Below are positions 39,951 through 49,281 of a stretch of DNA of 64,000 nt, one piece after another. The DNA comes from an uncultured Chthonomonadaceae bacterium. Lineage in GTDB: Bacteria; Armatimonadota; Chthonomonadetes; Chthonomonadales; Chthonomonadaceae. The notes beneath the pieces are model-generated. The model did not search any database and was not told the DNA's origin. It was given only the letters and a program-made list of their open reading frames with translations. Every line of letters begins with the position of its first letter. Positions within the stretch are counted from its first letter, which is position 1. Where the stretch lies: positions 140,413 through 204,412 of the forward strand of contig CAWFQB010000007.1 in the NCBI GenBank assembly GCA_963817895.1. The letters run 5' to 3'. Position numbers and translations under genes: made by a program.

Positions 39951-41031
39951 AGTAGAAGACCTCTTTGAAGTAAAGTATGGCGTCAATTTAGAGTTGAATG
40001 CTCTGAAAAGAGATGAAAATGGGATCAACTTCGTTTCTCGCACAGACCGTAATAACGGTGTCTCTGCAAAAGTCGCTCTCATCAACTCCGTGTCGCCTAT
40101 ACCAACAGGAACGATTTCCGTAGCAGGAGGCGGCTCAGTAATGGCAAGCTTCCTGCAATTGGAGCCTTACTATTGCGGGCGCGATCTATATTACCTTTGT
40201 CCAAAATCGGCTATGACCGATGCGGTTAAATTGTACTATTGTTCTTGCCTACGGGCAAACCGGTATCGCTTCAACTATGGCCGTCAAGCAAACCGCACAC
40301 TTCGAGAAATTCTGATTCCTGGACTTGATGAGATTCCAGAGTGGGTAGAAATGCAAAGAATTGATGTGTTTCACGGAAAAGAAGTATCGGCAATTCCGCA
40401 GAAACACATTCCCCTGAATACAACCTCCTGGCGAATATTTCTGATTTCGGATCTGTTTGAGTTGAGGAAAGGCACACGTCTTACAAAAGCAGACATGATC
40501 CCGGGCGGTACACCTTTCATTGGAGCCATAGACAGCAAAAACGGCATTAGTGGCTTTGTAGGACAACGCCCTCTTCATCCCGGCAATACGTTGACCGTAA
40601 GTTACAACGGAAGTGTCGCCGAAGCATTTTATCAACCTCAACCCTATCGCTGCTCGGATGATGTGAATGTTCTCTATCCGAAATTTCAACTAAATGCGGC
40701 TATTGGTTTATTCATTGCTACGGTAATTCGCCATGAGAAATACCGTTTCAATTACGGGCGAAAGTGGCATCTGGAGCGTATGGAAGCGTCTGAAATTCGC
40801 CTTCCTGCGACTTCCGCAGGTGTCCCTGACTTTGAATTCATGGAAGCCTACATCAAGACATTGCCATTTAGTGCCGAGTTGATGAACGTGACTGAGGAAG
40901 AAAAAGCACTTCATTACAATCCGCCAACCCTAGAGAAACAGCCAAGTAGGGAGGGGAAGGAAGTTCCGTGGGAACACATCCAACCGGAACTTCCATATAC
41001 CGTTGAAAATGTCAACACAGTAAGTCATTAG
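39943..41031 (+). CDS. Restriction-modification specificity (beta/S) subunit
   Basis: Two internally repeated halves, each ending YRFNYGR; overlaps the alpha subunit. Confidence 0.8.
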   Translation: MPKVEDLFEVKYGVNLELNALKRDENGINFVSRTDRNNGVSAKVALINSVSPIPTGTISVAGGGSVMASFLQLEPYYCGRDLYYLCPKSAMTDAVKLYYCSCLRANRYRFNYGRQANRTLREILIPGLDEIPEWVEMQRIDVFHGKEVSAIPQKHIPLNTTSWRIFLISDLFELRKGTRLTKADMIPGGTPFIGAIDSKNGISGFVGQRPLHPGNTLTVSYNGSVAEAFYQPQPYRCSDDVNVLYPKFQLNAAIGLFIATVIRHEKYRFNYGRKWHLERMEASEIRLPATSAGVPDFEFMEAYIKTLPFSAELMNVTEEEKALHYNPPTLEKQPSREGKEVPWEHIQPELPYTVENVNTVSH

Positions 41032-41298
41032 ATGTGGATCACAAGCAAAAGGTCCCTCCCGTCCGATGGGCTGGACAGGAGGGCTATTTGCCGGTATGAA
41101 CGCACTTATCTTCGGCACAATCGCCCGCTTCCTTAGAGCCGCTCCCGCCGTGCCTGAACCCCCGCCCGCTTATCCTGTGTCAACTTGTGTCCAGGGCTCC
41201 CCAATCTTTGGACTTCTGCGTTATGCCTGTCTGCTGGCGATTACCTGTTTTCTTCTCCAAATGTTGCAATTTCGTGCAAAAAGGGCGCAAACGGGCAG

Positions 41299-41318
41299 TT
41301 TGGCATGAATCTTGCAAT
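41299..41318 (+). promoter_or_regulatory. sigma54 promoter of the PEP-CTERM gene, copy 2
   Basis: TGGCAT-N5-TTGCA about 80 bp upstream of the ATG. Confidence 0.7.
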
Positions 41319-41395
41319 GAGTATAGGCAACGGTAGTCTTTTTGATACCCTCACTCCTTCTGTGCTTTCATGTTCTCATCAAGGAGACCTTCTTC

Positions 41396-41995
41396 ATGCG
41401 TTTTGCTAACCTGGCTCTTGCCGCTCTTGCCGCCCTCGCCTGCTGCGTTGCCCCATCCGCACAGGGGCAGGTCGTCCTCAACATCTTTCAGAACGGCACG
41501 GAGGTGGACGCCCTCGCCACTGGTACGCTCAACATCACCGGCTTGATCAATCCTGGTGCCACTGCCAGCGCTAATGATCAGGTTGTGGGAGTGGTCGCTT
41601 ACGCGCTTGTGGGCAGTAACAGCACGTCTTATGATGTTTACACAGGCATGTTTACAACAGGTCAGGTTTCGTTTGGCAGCGGCAGTGGAACATTCGCGAC
41701 CAGCGGCTCCGGCGACCGCTTTGGCATATTTGGCGGTGTCAATTTCCTTTTCCTGCCACAAGGCTACGTATCGGGAACTCCCATCAACGGCAGCGCGGTG
41801 TTTACGAACAACACCCTCAGCGGGTTGGGCCTGACGCCCGGTACGTATGTCTATACGCTCCCCAACGACACCGTTTCTGTCCTGATTGGTACCGCGCCTG
41901 CTGCTGTTCCCGAACCCGGCAGCATCGCCCTCCTCACCGGCCTGAGCCTCACCGGAGCCGCTTTCCTGCGCCGACGTAAACAGTCTCGCCATTAA
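41396..41995 (+). CDS. PEP-CTERM sorting domain protein
   Basis: Signal peptide; C-terminal VPEPGS-TM-RRRK. Confidence 0.9.
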   Translation: MRFANLALAALAALACCVAPSAQGQVVLNIFQNGTEVDALATGTLNITGLINPGATASANDQVVGVVAYALVGSNSTSYDVYTGMFTTGQVSFGSGSGTFATSGSGDRFGIFGGVNFLFLPQGYVSGTPINGSAVFTNNTLSGLGLTPGTYVYTLPNDTVSVLIGTAPAAVPEPGSIALLTGLSLTGAAFLRRRKQSRH

Positions 41996-42021
41996 CAACG
42001 GCAGAACCAACCGACCTGAAG

Positions 42022-42051
42022 CCGGGCAGAGTATTCCACTACTCTGCCCGG
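42022..42051. terminator. Hairpin between convergent genes
   Basis: ccgggcagagta...tactctgcccgg. Confidence 0.6.
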
Positions 42052-42059
42052 GGCCTTGT

Positions 42060-42944
42060 TCACGCGATTCGCTCCAGCCGTTCCCGCGCAATCGTCCGGT
42101 ACTCTTCATTCAACTCGATGCCTACAAAGTCCCGCTGATGCTTCAACGCGACCGCGCCCGTTGTGGCCGTTCCGGCAAACATGTCCAGCACCGTGCCTCC
42201 AACCGGACACGACGCGAGGACGCAGGGCGTGATCAGGGCCTCGGGATAGGTGGCGTGGTGGTTACTGCCCCGGATTCTTCCGCTGGAGCAAGTCCAGACA
42301 GACCGCTTGTTTCTCCCTCGTGCCGCAATCTCTTCCGCTGGCGTATTGCGGTACTGCGGCCTGACCGAGTTCACCAGAGCGTCCGGTTTGTAGGTTTCAT
42401 CCTTCTGTCTGCCAGAGGCTTTCTGAGCGGTTCTGTGACGCTTCAGGGTGCTTTCTGCAACGGGTTCTCGAATGGCGTCCCCATCGTAGTAATAGCGCCG
42501 CGACGCCGACAACAAGAACAGGTACTCGTGGCTTTTGGTGGGCCTGTCCGTGACGCTTTCCGGGCAGACGTTGCTGCGGTTCCAAATCACGCTGGAACGC
42601 AGGAACCAGCCGTCATCGCGCAGCGCCAACGCCACGGCCCACGGAACGCCCGCCAAATCGCCCTTTTTCAACCCCTGCCGTTTGTTGTCGGAGCGGACGT
42701 AGCAATCTCCAAGATTCAGCCAGATTGACCCGTCGCTTTTAAGGACCCTGCGAACCTGACGAAAGACGGCCACCAGGTTGCTCACATACGCCTCGAGAGT
42801 ACGCTCCTGGCCAAACTGGCCCTTGACGCCGTAATCACGCTGCCGATGATAAGGCGGCGAGGTTATGCAAGTGTGGATCGAGCTGACCGGCAGCAAGGGC
42901 AAAACATCCAAACACGAACCGTGATGCAAGGTAAAGCGGCTCAT
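42060..42944 (-). CDS. Beta-class DNA methyltransferase (SPPY, probably N4-cytosine)
   Basis: TSPPY; H.A.YP; VLDMFAGTATT; GIEL. Confidence 0.9.
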   Translation of the reverse strand: MSRFTLHHGSCLDVLPLLPVSSIHTCITSPPYHRQRDYGVKGQFGQERTLEAYVSNLVAVFRQVRRVLKSDGSIWLNLGDCYVRSDNKRQGLKKGDLAGVPWAVALALRDDGWFLRSSVIWNRSNVCPESVTDRPTKSHEYLFLLSASRRYYYDGDAIREPVAESTLKRHRTAQKASGRQKDETYKPDALVNSVRPQYRNTPAEEIAARGRNKRSVWTCSSGRIRGSNHHATYPEALITPCVLASCPVGGTVLDMFAGTATTGAVALKHQRDFVGIELNEEYRTIARERLERIA

Positions 42945-43702
42945 CGTCGCCCCTCCTGCGCTTCCCTCAGGCGATGATGGGCGATGGCGAAGTATTCTGG
43001 ATCCAACTCCATACCGACAAAACGCCGGTTCTCCAAAAGGGCTGCCACTCCTGTGGAGCCGCTGCCCATGAACGGATCGAGAACCACGTCGCCCGGATTG
43101 CTGAAAGATTTCAAAAGTTTAATCAAGAGGTCGAGCGGCTTCTGGGTTGGGTGCAGTCCGTTGGGATCGCGCCCGAAGGTCCAGACGCTGGTAGGATGGC
43201 GCGTCCCCGGATTGTCATAATCCTGGTCATTCATGCCGTTATTGTAATGGCGGCAGGGTTTCGTCCGCTTCCGATGGTGGTACGGTTTGCCCTCCGTCAT
43301 CTGTGCGTTGTAGGTGGATTGCATCACGCCATTCACGCGGCCGTACTTGCGGCAAAAAATCAGGATATCCTCATGGGAACGCAAGGGACGCATGTTGGCG
43401 CTCAGGAAGCCCACGCTTTGGGTCTTTTGCCAAATAAGACTATAACGGTATGACCGTCTGTTGCTGTTGATGAGGTCCGTCGTGAAGGGTTGCGCGGCAA
43501 AGGAGATTTGTACGGCGGAAGGCTTGCACACGCGGTCGGCTTCCAGCCAGAAGGCTTTCCAGTCAATGCGCTGTTTGTCAAATGGGAGATTGGTTGTACG
43601 GTAGGGAGGGTCCATCAACAAAAAATCAACGGAGTTGTCGGGGAGTGGCGCTAAAGCGGCGAAACAATCGCCATGAATGATGTTAAACTTTCGGTCTGTC
43701 AT
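42941..43702 (-). CDS. Beta-class DNA methyltransferase (DPPY, probably N6-adenine)
   Basis: DPPY; HPTQKP; VLDPFMGSGST. Confidence 0.9.
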   Translation of the reverse strand: MTDRKFNIIHGDCFAALAPLPDNSVDFLLMDPPYRTTNLPFDKQRIDWKAFWLEADRVCKPSAVQISFAAQPFTTDLINSNRRSYRYSLIWQKTQSVGFLSANMRPLRSHEDILIFCRKYGRVNGVMQSTYNAQMTEGKPYHHRKRTKPCRHYNNGMNDQDYDNPGTRHPTSVWTFGRDPNGLHPTQKPLDLLIKLLKSFSNPGDVVLDPFMGSGSTGVAALLENRRFVGMELDPEYFAIAHHRLREAQEGRR

Positions 43703-44025
43703 GGAAAAACGTAATCGGAAGGCGGCGCGTGTTCGTTGCACAAACCGTGTTCCAGTCCGCTCTCTCTCTCATCCAGAGGGGGCGGGCGCTATTCCTCAAT
43801 TCCTTTCAAATGTAAATAAGGCACTCGTGATGGTCTTGACATAGTTTAGCCCCTCTCCCAAAATCGGGAGAGGGGCTGTTCAGGTATTCGGTAATGGGTG
43901 TTAGGTGTCGGCTCTCAGTTTTTGCGCAAAAACTCAAAACCAGATTTTGCGCAAAAACTCAGGCGCGGTTTGTTGACGATCTGTTGACAAATCGGCAACA
44001 TCTGGAACTGGGCAAAACTCTGCGT

Positions 44026-44562
44026 CTACGCGGGCAAAACGTAGGGGCGCAGCAGCGTCAGGCAGGAAAGCGGTTCCACGCTACGGGCCACGCTGTCATG
44101 GCAGTTGCCGCTCACAAGATGCGCGACACCCGCTTCCAAGTCCACGCGCTCCAGCACGGTCGTATGGTGGTAGGAAAGGCCGTTCTTGGCCGCTTCGCCC
44201 GTTCCGCCTTTCAGTACCGCCGTATCACCCGGAACCGCGCTGTGTGGGGTTTGCAGGGTTCCGTGCTGGATGCCGAAGTTTACCATCTCATGCGAGGAGG
44301 CCGTTCGCGCATGCGGGAGTGAAGACAGCCCCAGATCGTCGAGAACATGCCCGATGTCGAAACTGTCCTCCCCCGCGCACCATTGCTTCTCGTCGGCAGG
44401 CAAAGACAAGTCCACGCCCACATACAAAAGTTTCGGATCCACGTCCGGGCCGCTGTTGCTGCCCATCGGCTCCTCATGCTGTCCGAGGTGGCTGATGATC
44501 TTGTCGAGGATACGCTGCCCGATCTGCTGCGCTTTCCACTGCGTTTGCGTTGCTTGTGCCAT
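44026..44562 (-). CDS. CHAP-like endolysin
   Basis: GSNSGP, WCA, PGD, H-T, GN motifs. Confidence 0.7.
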   Translation of the reverse strand: MAQATQTQWKAQQIGQRILDKIISHLGQHEEPMGSNSGPDVDPKLLYVGVDLSLPADEKQWCAGEDSFDIGHVLDDLGLSSLPHARTASSHEMVNFGIQHGTLQTPHSAVPGDTAVLKGGTGEAAKNGLSYHHTTVLERVDLEAGVAHLVSGNCHDSVARSVEPLSCLTLLRPYVLPA

Positions 44563-44692
44563 TTGAGTTGTTCCTTCCGCACCACCAAAAAAAGAAGCAT
44601 TACCAGTCCCATCAACAGGCCGGGCAACGCTTTGTACCAGGGCAGCAGCCCCTCCGATACATAACTAAGCAGTTCCGCGTCCACACGCCCTC

Positions 44693-44953
44693 CTAAGCGG
44701 AAGGCGTGCCCGGGGCGTCAGAAGATGGCGGCCCTTCGGCAGAGCCTTGCGCGTCCTGCTCTTTCTGTGTTTTATCCGGGTCCGCCTTGAACGCTTTGTA
44801 CGCCACTGCCGCCGCCGCCAGAGCGCTCACAACGACGGCGGGCGCGTGTACCGCTTGCGCCACGTCGGCGAGATGCGGTATCACGTAGGGCGCGAGGACG
44901 GACGCCGCTGCGCCTGCCGTGTACAGCCACTTCCGCGCTTTGTCGCTTTTCAT
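44693..44953 (-). CDS. Holin-like two-TM protein
   Basis: Two hydrophobic helices and a charged tail; next to the lysin. Confidence 0.5.
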   Translation of the reverse strand: MKSDKARKWLYTAGAAASVLAPYVIPHLADVAQAVHAPAVVVSALAAAAVAYKAFKADPDKTQKEQDAQGSAEGPPSSDAPGTPSA

Positions 44954-45062
44954 GGTTCGTTTTCTCCTTAGAGCCTATCCCAATAGGCCGGGTATTGAAA
45001 ATACCCGGCAGGAAAGTGCAAGCGTCCTGCGGACGCGAATTCGCGCCTATTGGGATAGGTTC

Positions 45063-45428
45063 TTATTTGTTCGCGCGTCGCTCCGCCAAGTAGGTGAGCT
45101 TGGCCTTGATTTCCGCCAGATCGCTCTTAAAGCCTGAAAAACCGTCGCGCAGATTGCTCACGTCGCTCCGTATTTTTTCCCGGTCGGCAATACTAACCGT
45201 GGCCTGCCCTTCCAGGATGGTCACCCGCGTGTTCAGCGTCGCATAGCCGATACAGGCCGCGACGAGCATCATAATCCAACTGGGCGCTTTGTCCAGCATC
45301 TTTTCCACCAGTGTCGACCCCGGATGCGATTCGCTCGAAGACAAGCGCGCCGGAGGGCCAGAGCGCTTGTTCTGGTGATGCTCTTTCCACAGCATAAAAT
45401 CTTCGTAGTCGTCCTGATCGTCACGCAT
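45063..45428 (-). CDS. Membrane coiled-coil protein of the lysis module
   Basis: Single TM followed by a coiled coil. Confidence 0.5.
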   Translation of the reverse strand: MRDDQDDYEDFMLWKEHHQNKRSGPPARLSSSESHPGSTLVEKMLDKAPSWIMMLVAACIGYATLNTRVTILEGQATVSIADREKIRSDVSNLRDGFSGFKSDLAEIKAKLTYLAERRANK

Positions 45429-45543
45429 AGCGACACCCCTGCCGCCTCAGAACCGCGTGGGCAGCAGGAGGCGTAAAAAGAAGCCTGGTGGGAAACTCTC
45501 CACCAGGCCGAATATTACAAGATTACAAGATTACAAACCGGAG

Positions 45544-46035
45544 TTAAGACCCGCCCAACGCCTTGCTGATGACAAACAGCACGTTGCCATCACTGGGGAA
45601 GTACAGCGTATCGCCATTGCTTTGCACCACTTCGATTTCCAGTGAAAACGTCCCCGCAACGGCCACATCCGCGCGCGCCAGGTGGTAGCCGACAATCCCG
45701 CCGTCGGCGTAGTCGAGCGTCATAACATCCTCAATCAACAGCGTCGCGCCAATCAGCGTCGCCAGCCGTAGCGTCACCGCCGCGCCCGCAAGCTTCATGG
45801 GCAGGCCGCTGCCGTCTATCAGCCGGAACTGGAACCGGGGCGCGGTCTGGAACTGCTTCCAGTCCAGACGGGTGAGCGCCCCTGCGCCCTGCTGAACTTC
45901 GGCAATCTGGAGGGGAAGGGTACAGTACATAATAGTCTCCACTCCTGTCGAAGGTACAGACGGGGGTGCAGGCGCAGGGTCGGAACTGTTGGCTCCGCCC
46001 GGATCGGTTTCGCCACTGCCGGGAAAGTCGCTCAT
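45544..46035 (-). CDS. BppU N-terminal-like baseplate protein
   Basis: L.GA.V....G.V.Y....D....G....EIEV......FPSDG pattern. Confidence 0.6.
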   Translation of the reverse strand: MSDFPGSGETDPGGANSSDPAPAPPSVPSTGVETIMYCTLPLQIAEVQQGAGALTRLDWKQFQTAPRFQFRLIDGSGLPMKLAGAAVTLRLATLIGATLLIEDVMTLDYADGGIVGYHLARADVAVAGTFSLEIEVVQSNGDTLYFPSDGNVLFVISKALGGS

Positions 46036-46047
46036 TACGTCCTCCTA

Positions 46048-47775
46048 CTATGGCAGATTGGAAAACGTCGGTTTCGCCCGCCCGCCCGGAGCCACTTTGC
46101 CGAACGTGCTGTCGGTATACGTGGTCGGCTGCACGGCCAGCGGCGTGGTTCCGTCGAAGCGGAAGTACGTCACGGTTCGCACATAGGGCGAAGAGGTGCT
46201 ATCGGAAATGGTGAAGCGCCCGTTCATAAAAGCTTCCGACAAGGCTTGTACCTGCTTGAAGGTCAGACTGCCATCTATTGTGGCTCCCAGAACGCCGGTC
46301 GCAATGGCCGCAATGTCGCCTGACGACAGGCCGCTGAAGCCGTAGCCGGTCGGCGGTGTCACCGGCAACTGCACGGGCTGACCGCGTTGCTGGTAGTCGT
46401 TCGGCACGGCATTGGCTAACTGAAGCGCGAAGTAATTTCCCCACGTCCCCGCGCCATACGTGCCTTTTGCCGCTGCGAACACGTCCGAGGGAGCCGTGTA
46501 CCAGGAGGGAGCCGTGCCGCGCTGCGCGTATGCCTGTGTCATGCCGTACATTAGCGCTCCGGCCTGATTGCCCGAATAGCCGGTGGCGATGTTGGTGGTC
46601 CAGGGATCGCCCGCGCTGCCCGCCGCGTTGAGCTTTTGCCCGAACGATCCCGCCGTGTTGAAGGAGGCTGCCGTTGCGCCGAATACGTCGCCCGCGAACA
46701 ATCCATGCTCGGTTGGCGTCAGCACCAGCCGCCCGGAAGCGTCAATCGAAAGCAGGTTGAAGTTTGTCGGGAAAGTGATACCGCTGATGCCGCCCACATT
46801 GCCCGTCACGCTGGTAGCCGACCCAACGTTTTGCCCGACTGCAAACGTGCTGGTTCCGATAGTAGTTGGAAATGTTACTGCCGCCGCCGCATTTGCCGTC
46901 TGTCCGGCGATCTGCGCGACGTTAGCCGGCAGATTGCCCGTCACATCCCCACTCGCCAGTGTTGCCGCCTGCTTGGTTGTCTGGCCCAAATTGTTGTACG
47001 TCTGCGTCGCACTCAGGCCGTACCCGTTTTTGTCCAGGTTAGTTTGCACTGTGGCGTAAGGAACCGGTTCAATCCAGAACACGCTCGTGGCGTCCGGGGT
47101 CGTCGTCCACTGCCCGGGTCCAGGGCGCGTGATCGTGGCGACCTTTGTGCTGCCGACATAACTCAGAATGGTCGCGAACTGCCCCGCTCCCGTCCCTGAG
47201 CTGATGCGGATGCCGTGACTGGCATAGATGTTATCCACTGCCGAAGCCGCGGCGTCGAGCGTGATCGTCGAAACCGTGCCGCCCTGCGCCGTACTCTGCC
47301 GTCCAACGCGCTGCGCCGCTCCGAAAAACGCCTGTCCGACCGTATTGGTCGTAGGTAGAGCTGGAAGAACTTGCGTAAAATCGTGGCCGACGGTTGCGCC
47401 GCTGACGAGTGACGCGACTGTGTTGCCGTTCCAGTCTATTGCGCCGGAGGATACCAGCACATCCGTGACTGCCGGAGCGCCGCCTTGCTGTTCATAAACC
47501 AGTACGGTATAGCGTCCTGCGGTAACAATCGCAGGCGGGAAGGTTCCGTAGTAAATCCTGGTCGTTCCCTGCTCCGACATGGCGGCACTGCTTTGCCAGT
47601 TGGCATTGTTGAGCGTGACGTTGCCGCCTGCCGTGTAAAGCAGGCCTGTGGGCGTGAGAATTAGCTGATAGAGCGTTTTGCCGCTCGTATCCGTCGCCTT
47701 GATCTCGTTGCTGCCCCACGCCACGCAGGAGAGCAGCAGGATGCACAGTGCCAGCGTTGTGCGTAAATAGCGCAT
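46048..47775 (-). CDS. Gly/Thr/Ala-rich tail-module protein with signal-peptide-like N-terminus
   Basis: Beta-rich composition; position in the tail module. Confidence 0.55.
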   Translation of the reverse strand: MRYLRTTLALCILLLSCVAWGSNEIKATDTSGKTLYQLILTPTGLLYTAGGNVTLNNANWQSSAAMSEQGTTRIYYGTFPPAIVTAGRYTVLVYEQQGGAPAVTDVLVSSGAIDWNGNTVASLVSGATVGHDFTQVLPALPTTNTVGQAFFGAAQRVGRQSTAQGGTVSTITLDAAASAVDNIYASHGIRISSGTGAGQFATILSYVGSTKVATITRPGPGQWTTTPDATSVFWIEPVPYATVQTNLDKNGYGLSATQTYNNLGQTTKQAATLASGDVTGNLPANVAQIAGQTANAAAAVTFPTTIGTSTFAVGQNVGSATSVTGNVGGISGITFPTNFNLLSIDASGRLVLTPTEHGLFAGDVFGATAASFNTAGSFGQKLNAAGSAGDPWTTNIATGYSGNQAGALMYGMTQAYAQRGTAPSWYTAPSDVFAAAKGTYGAGTWGNYFALQLANAVPNDYQQRGQPVQLPVTPPTGYGFSGLSSGDIAAIATGVLGATIDGSLTFKQVQALSEAFMNGRFTISDSTSSPYVRTVTYFRFDGTTPLAVQPTTYTDSTFGKVAPGGRAKPTFSNLP

Positions 47776-47777
47776 GA

Positions 47778-49271
47778 TTAGAGTAACCTCCCCGGCACTT
47801 TGATGGCGGCCGCGACCTGCGACGCGAGAGACGTGATTTGCCCCCCCGACAAACTGACACTGCTTGGAACATCGAACGTTTCCACATAAGGACTGCCGCC
47901 CGAAGGCGCATCACACACAATCACCCCACTCCACGCCGAGTCGAGCGTCAACTGCGTGATGTACGCGCCGATCCCACCAATTTCAGACAAGCCTCCCACT
48001 GTGTAGGGGACCAGCACGGCTCCATTCGCATCGTAGACCGTCAGGCCCAGCGTCGCGGCCAACCCGCTGACGCCGTAGGGCGCGATGGACGTATGCGCGT
48101 AAGTTGTGCCCGAGGCGGTGATACCGCTGGTCGCGCTTTTGACCTCATTCGAGGCTGCTGACAGATTGCCTCCGCTGTCTACCGCTTTCACTGTGTAGTA
48201 GAAGTTCTGTCCGGCTGTCGGGCGGGTCTGCGCGGCGAAGGAAGCGGGAAATGAACCCGGCGTAATGGTGGCAACTGCCGTCGCGCTCTCCCCTCCGGGC
48301 GTTGTTCCCTTGTAGAGTTTGTAGGACGCGACCGCGTTGGTTCCTGCCGCGACTGCTGCCGGAATCGTAATTATGTCGCCGCCCGCAGTCGGCTTGAAGG
48401 TGACAACGGGCGTACCCGGCGCAACCAACACATAGACCGAGATGGTTGTGGTTGCGCCACTCCCCGTATCCGTGATAGTCAGCGTACCGGCTGTCGAGCC
48501 GGGATTGATGCTGACCGTTGCTGCTGTCGTGCTTGTCGCATTGGGACTGCTCAGGCTTGCGCCAGTTGTACCGACGCCTGAAAGCGTGAATTGCGAAGAC
48601 GTGCCAACCGCAAAATTCGTACCCGTACCCGTCAGGGTGACGGCCTGTGCGCCACTGCCCGCCGCAAGGGAATTGGGCGAGGGCGAGAGGGAAGCGGTGA
48701 CTGGATAAGTCGCCAGAAACGATTTCCAGTGGTTGCCCGTTGATGCGGTCGGCGCAACCGCGCAATAGTCCATCATGCCGATTTGCGCGGAGTAGGACAA
48801 TCCAAAATTGTAGCTGGCAATGGTAGCCGTAATCTTTTGGACACCATTGATGAACCCTGTCACGATGAGACTGGTTCCAGACTTTCGCGCCTGGATATGG
48901 AACACATCACCACTGACAGGAGTATAGGCGGCGGTTGGACCTCCTGACAGATCACTGCCGTTGTACCCGAACAATAAGCCCGCAGTGGACGGTCGGTAGC
49001 GAAATTCCACCGTTCCCCACATTATACCGATCATCGCATTGTTGTTATCATCAATGTGATATAACGTGGCGTAAACGTCCGCGTCGAAATTTGGTGGAGC
49101 AGTGGCGTTGGCGCAGTAGTTTTGTCCACTATTGAAGAAGTAGGAGTCAGCGTTACTACCGACCTTAATCTGTCCAGTCGGCCACGCGCCGCCAATCGCA
49201 GGCAGACGACTACCAATATCGGTACCCGCCGCGTCGGGAAAAGCATCAGAGATAAACGTCACATTCGACAT
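47778..49271 (-). CDS. Tail-module protein with Ig/FN3-like domains
   Basis: YKLYKG...YYTVKAVD..GN.S..SNEV FN3 signature. Confidence 0.6.
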   Translation of the reverse strand: MSNVTFISDAFPDAAGTDIGSRLPAIGGAWPTGQIKVGSNADSYFFNSGQNYCANATAPPNFDADVYATLYHIDDNNNAMIGIMWGTVEFRYRPSTAGLLFGYNGSDLSGGPTAAYTPVSGDVFHIQARKSGTSLIVTGFINGVQKITATIASYNFGLSYSAQIGMMDYCAVAPTASTGNHWKSFLATYPVTASLSPSPNSLAAGSGAQAVTLTGTGTNFAVGTSSQFTLSGVGTTGASLSSPNATSTTAATVSINPGSTAGTLTITDTGSGATTTISVYVLVAPGTPVVTFKPTAGGDIITIPAAVAAGTNAVASYKLYKGTTPGGESATAVATITPGSFPASFAAQTRPTAGQNFYYTVKAVDSGGNLSAASNEVKSATSGITASGTTYAHTSIAPYGVSGLAATLGLTVYDANGAVLVPYTVGGLSEIGGIGAYITQLTLDSAWSGVIVCDAPSGGSPYVETFDVPSSVSLSGGQITSLASQVAAAIKVPGRLL

Positions 49272-49281
49272 AAAAACTCCT

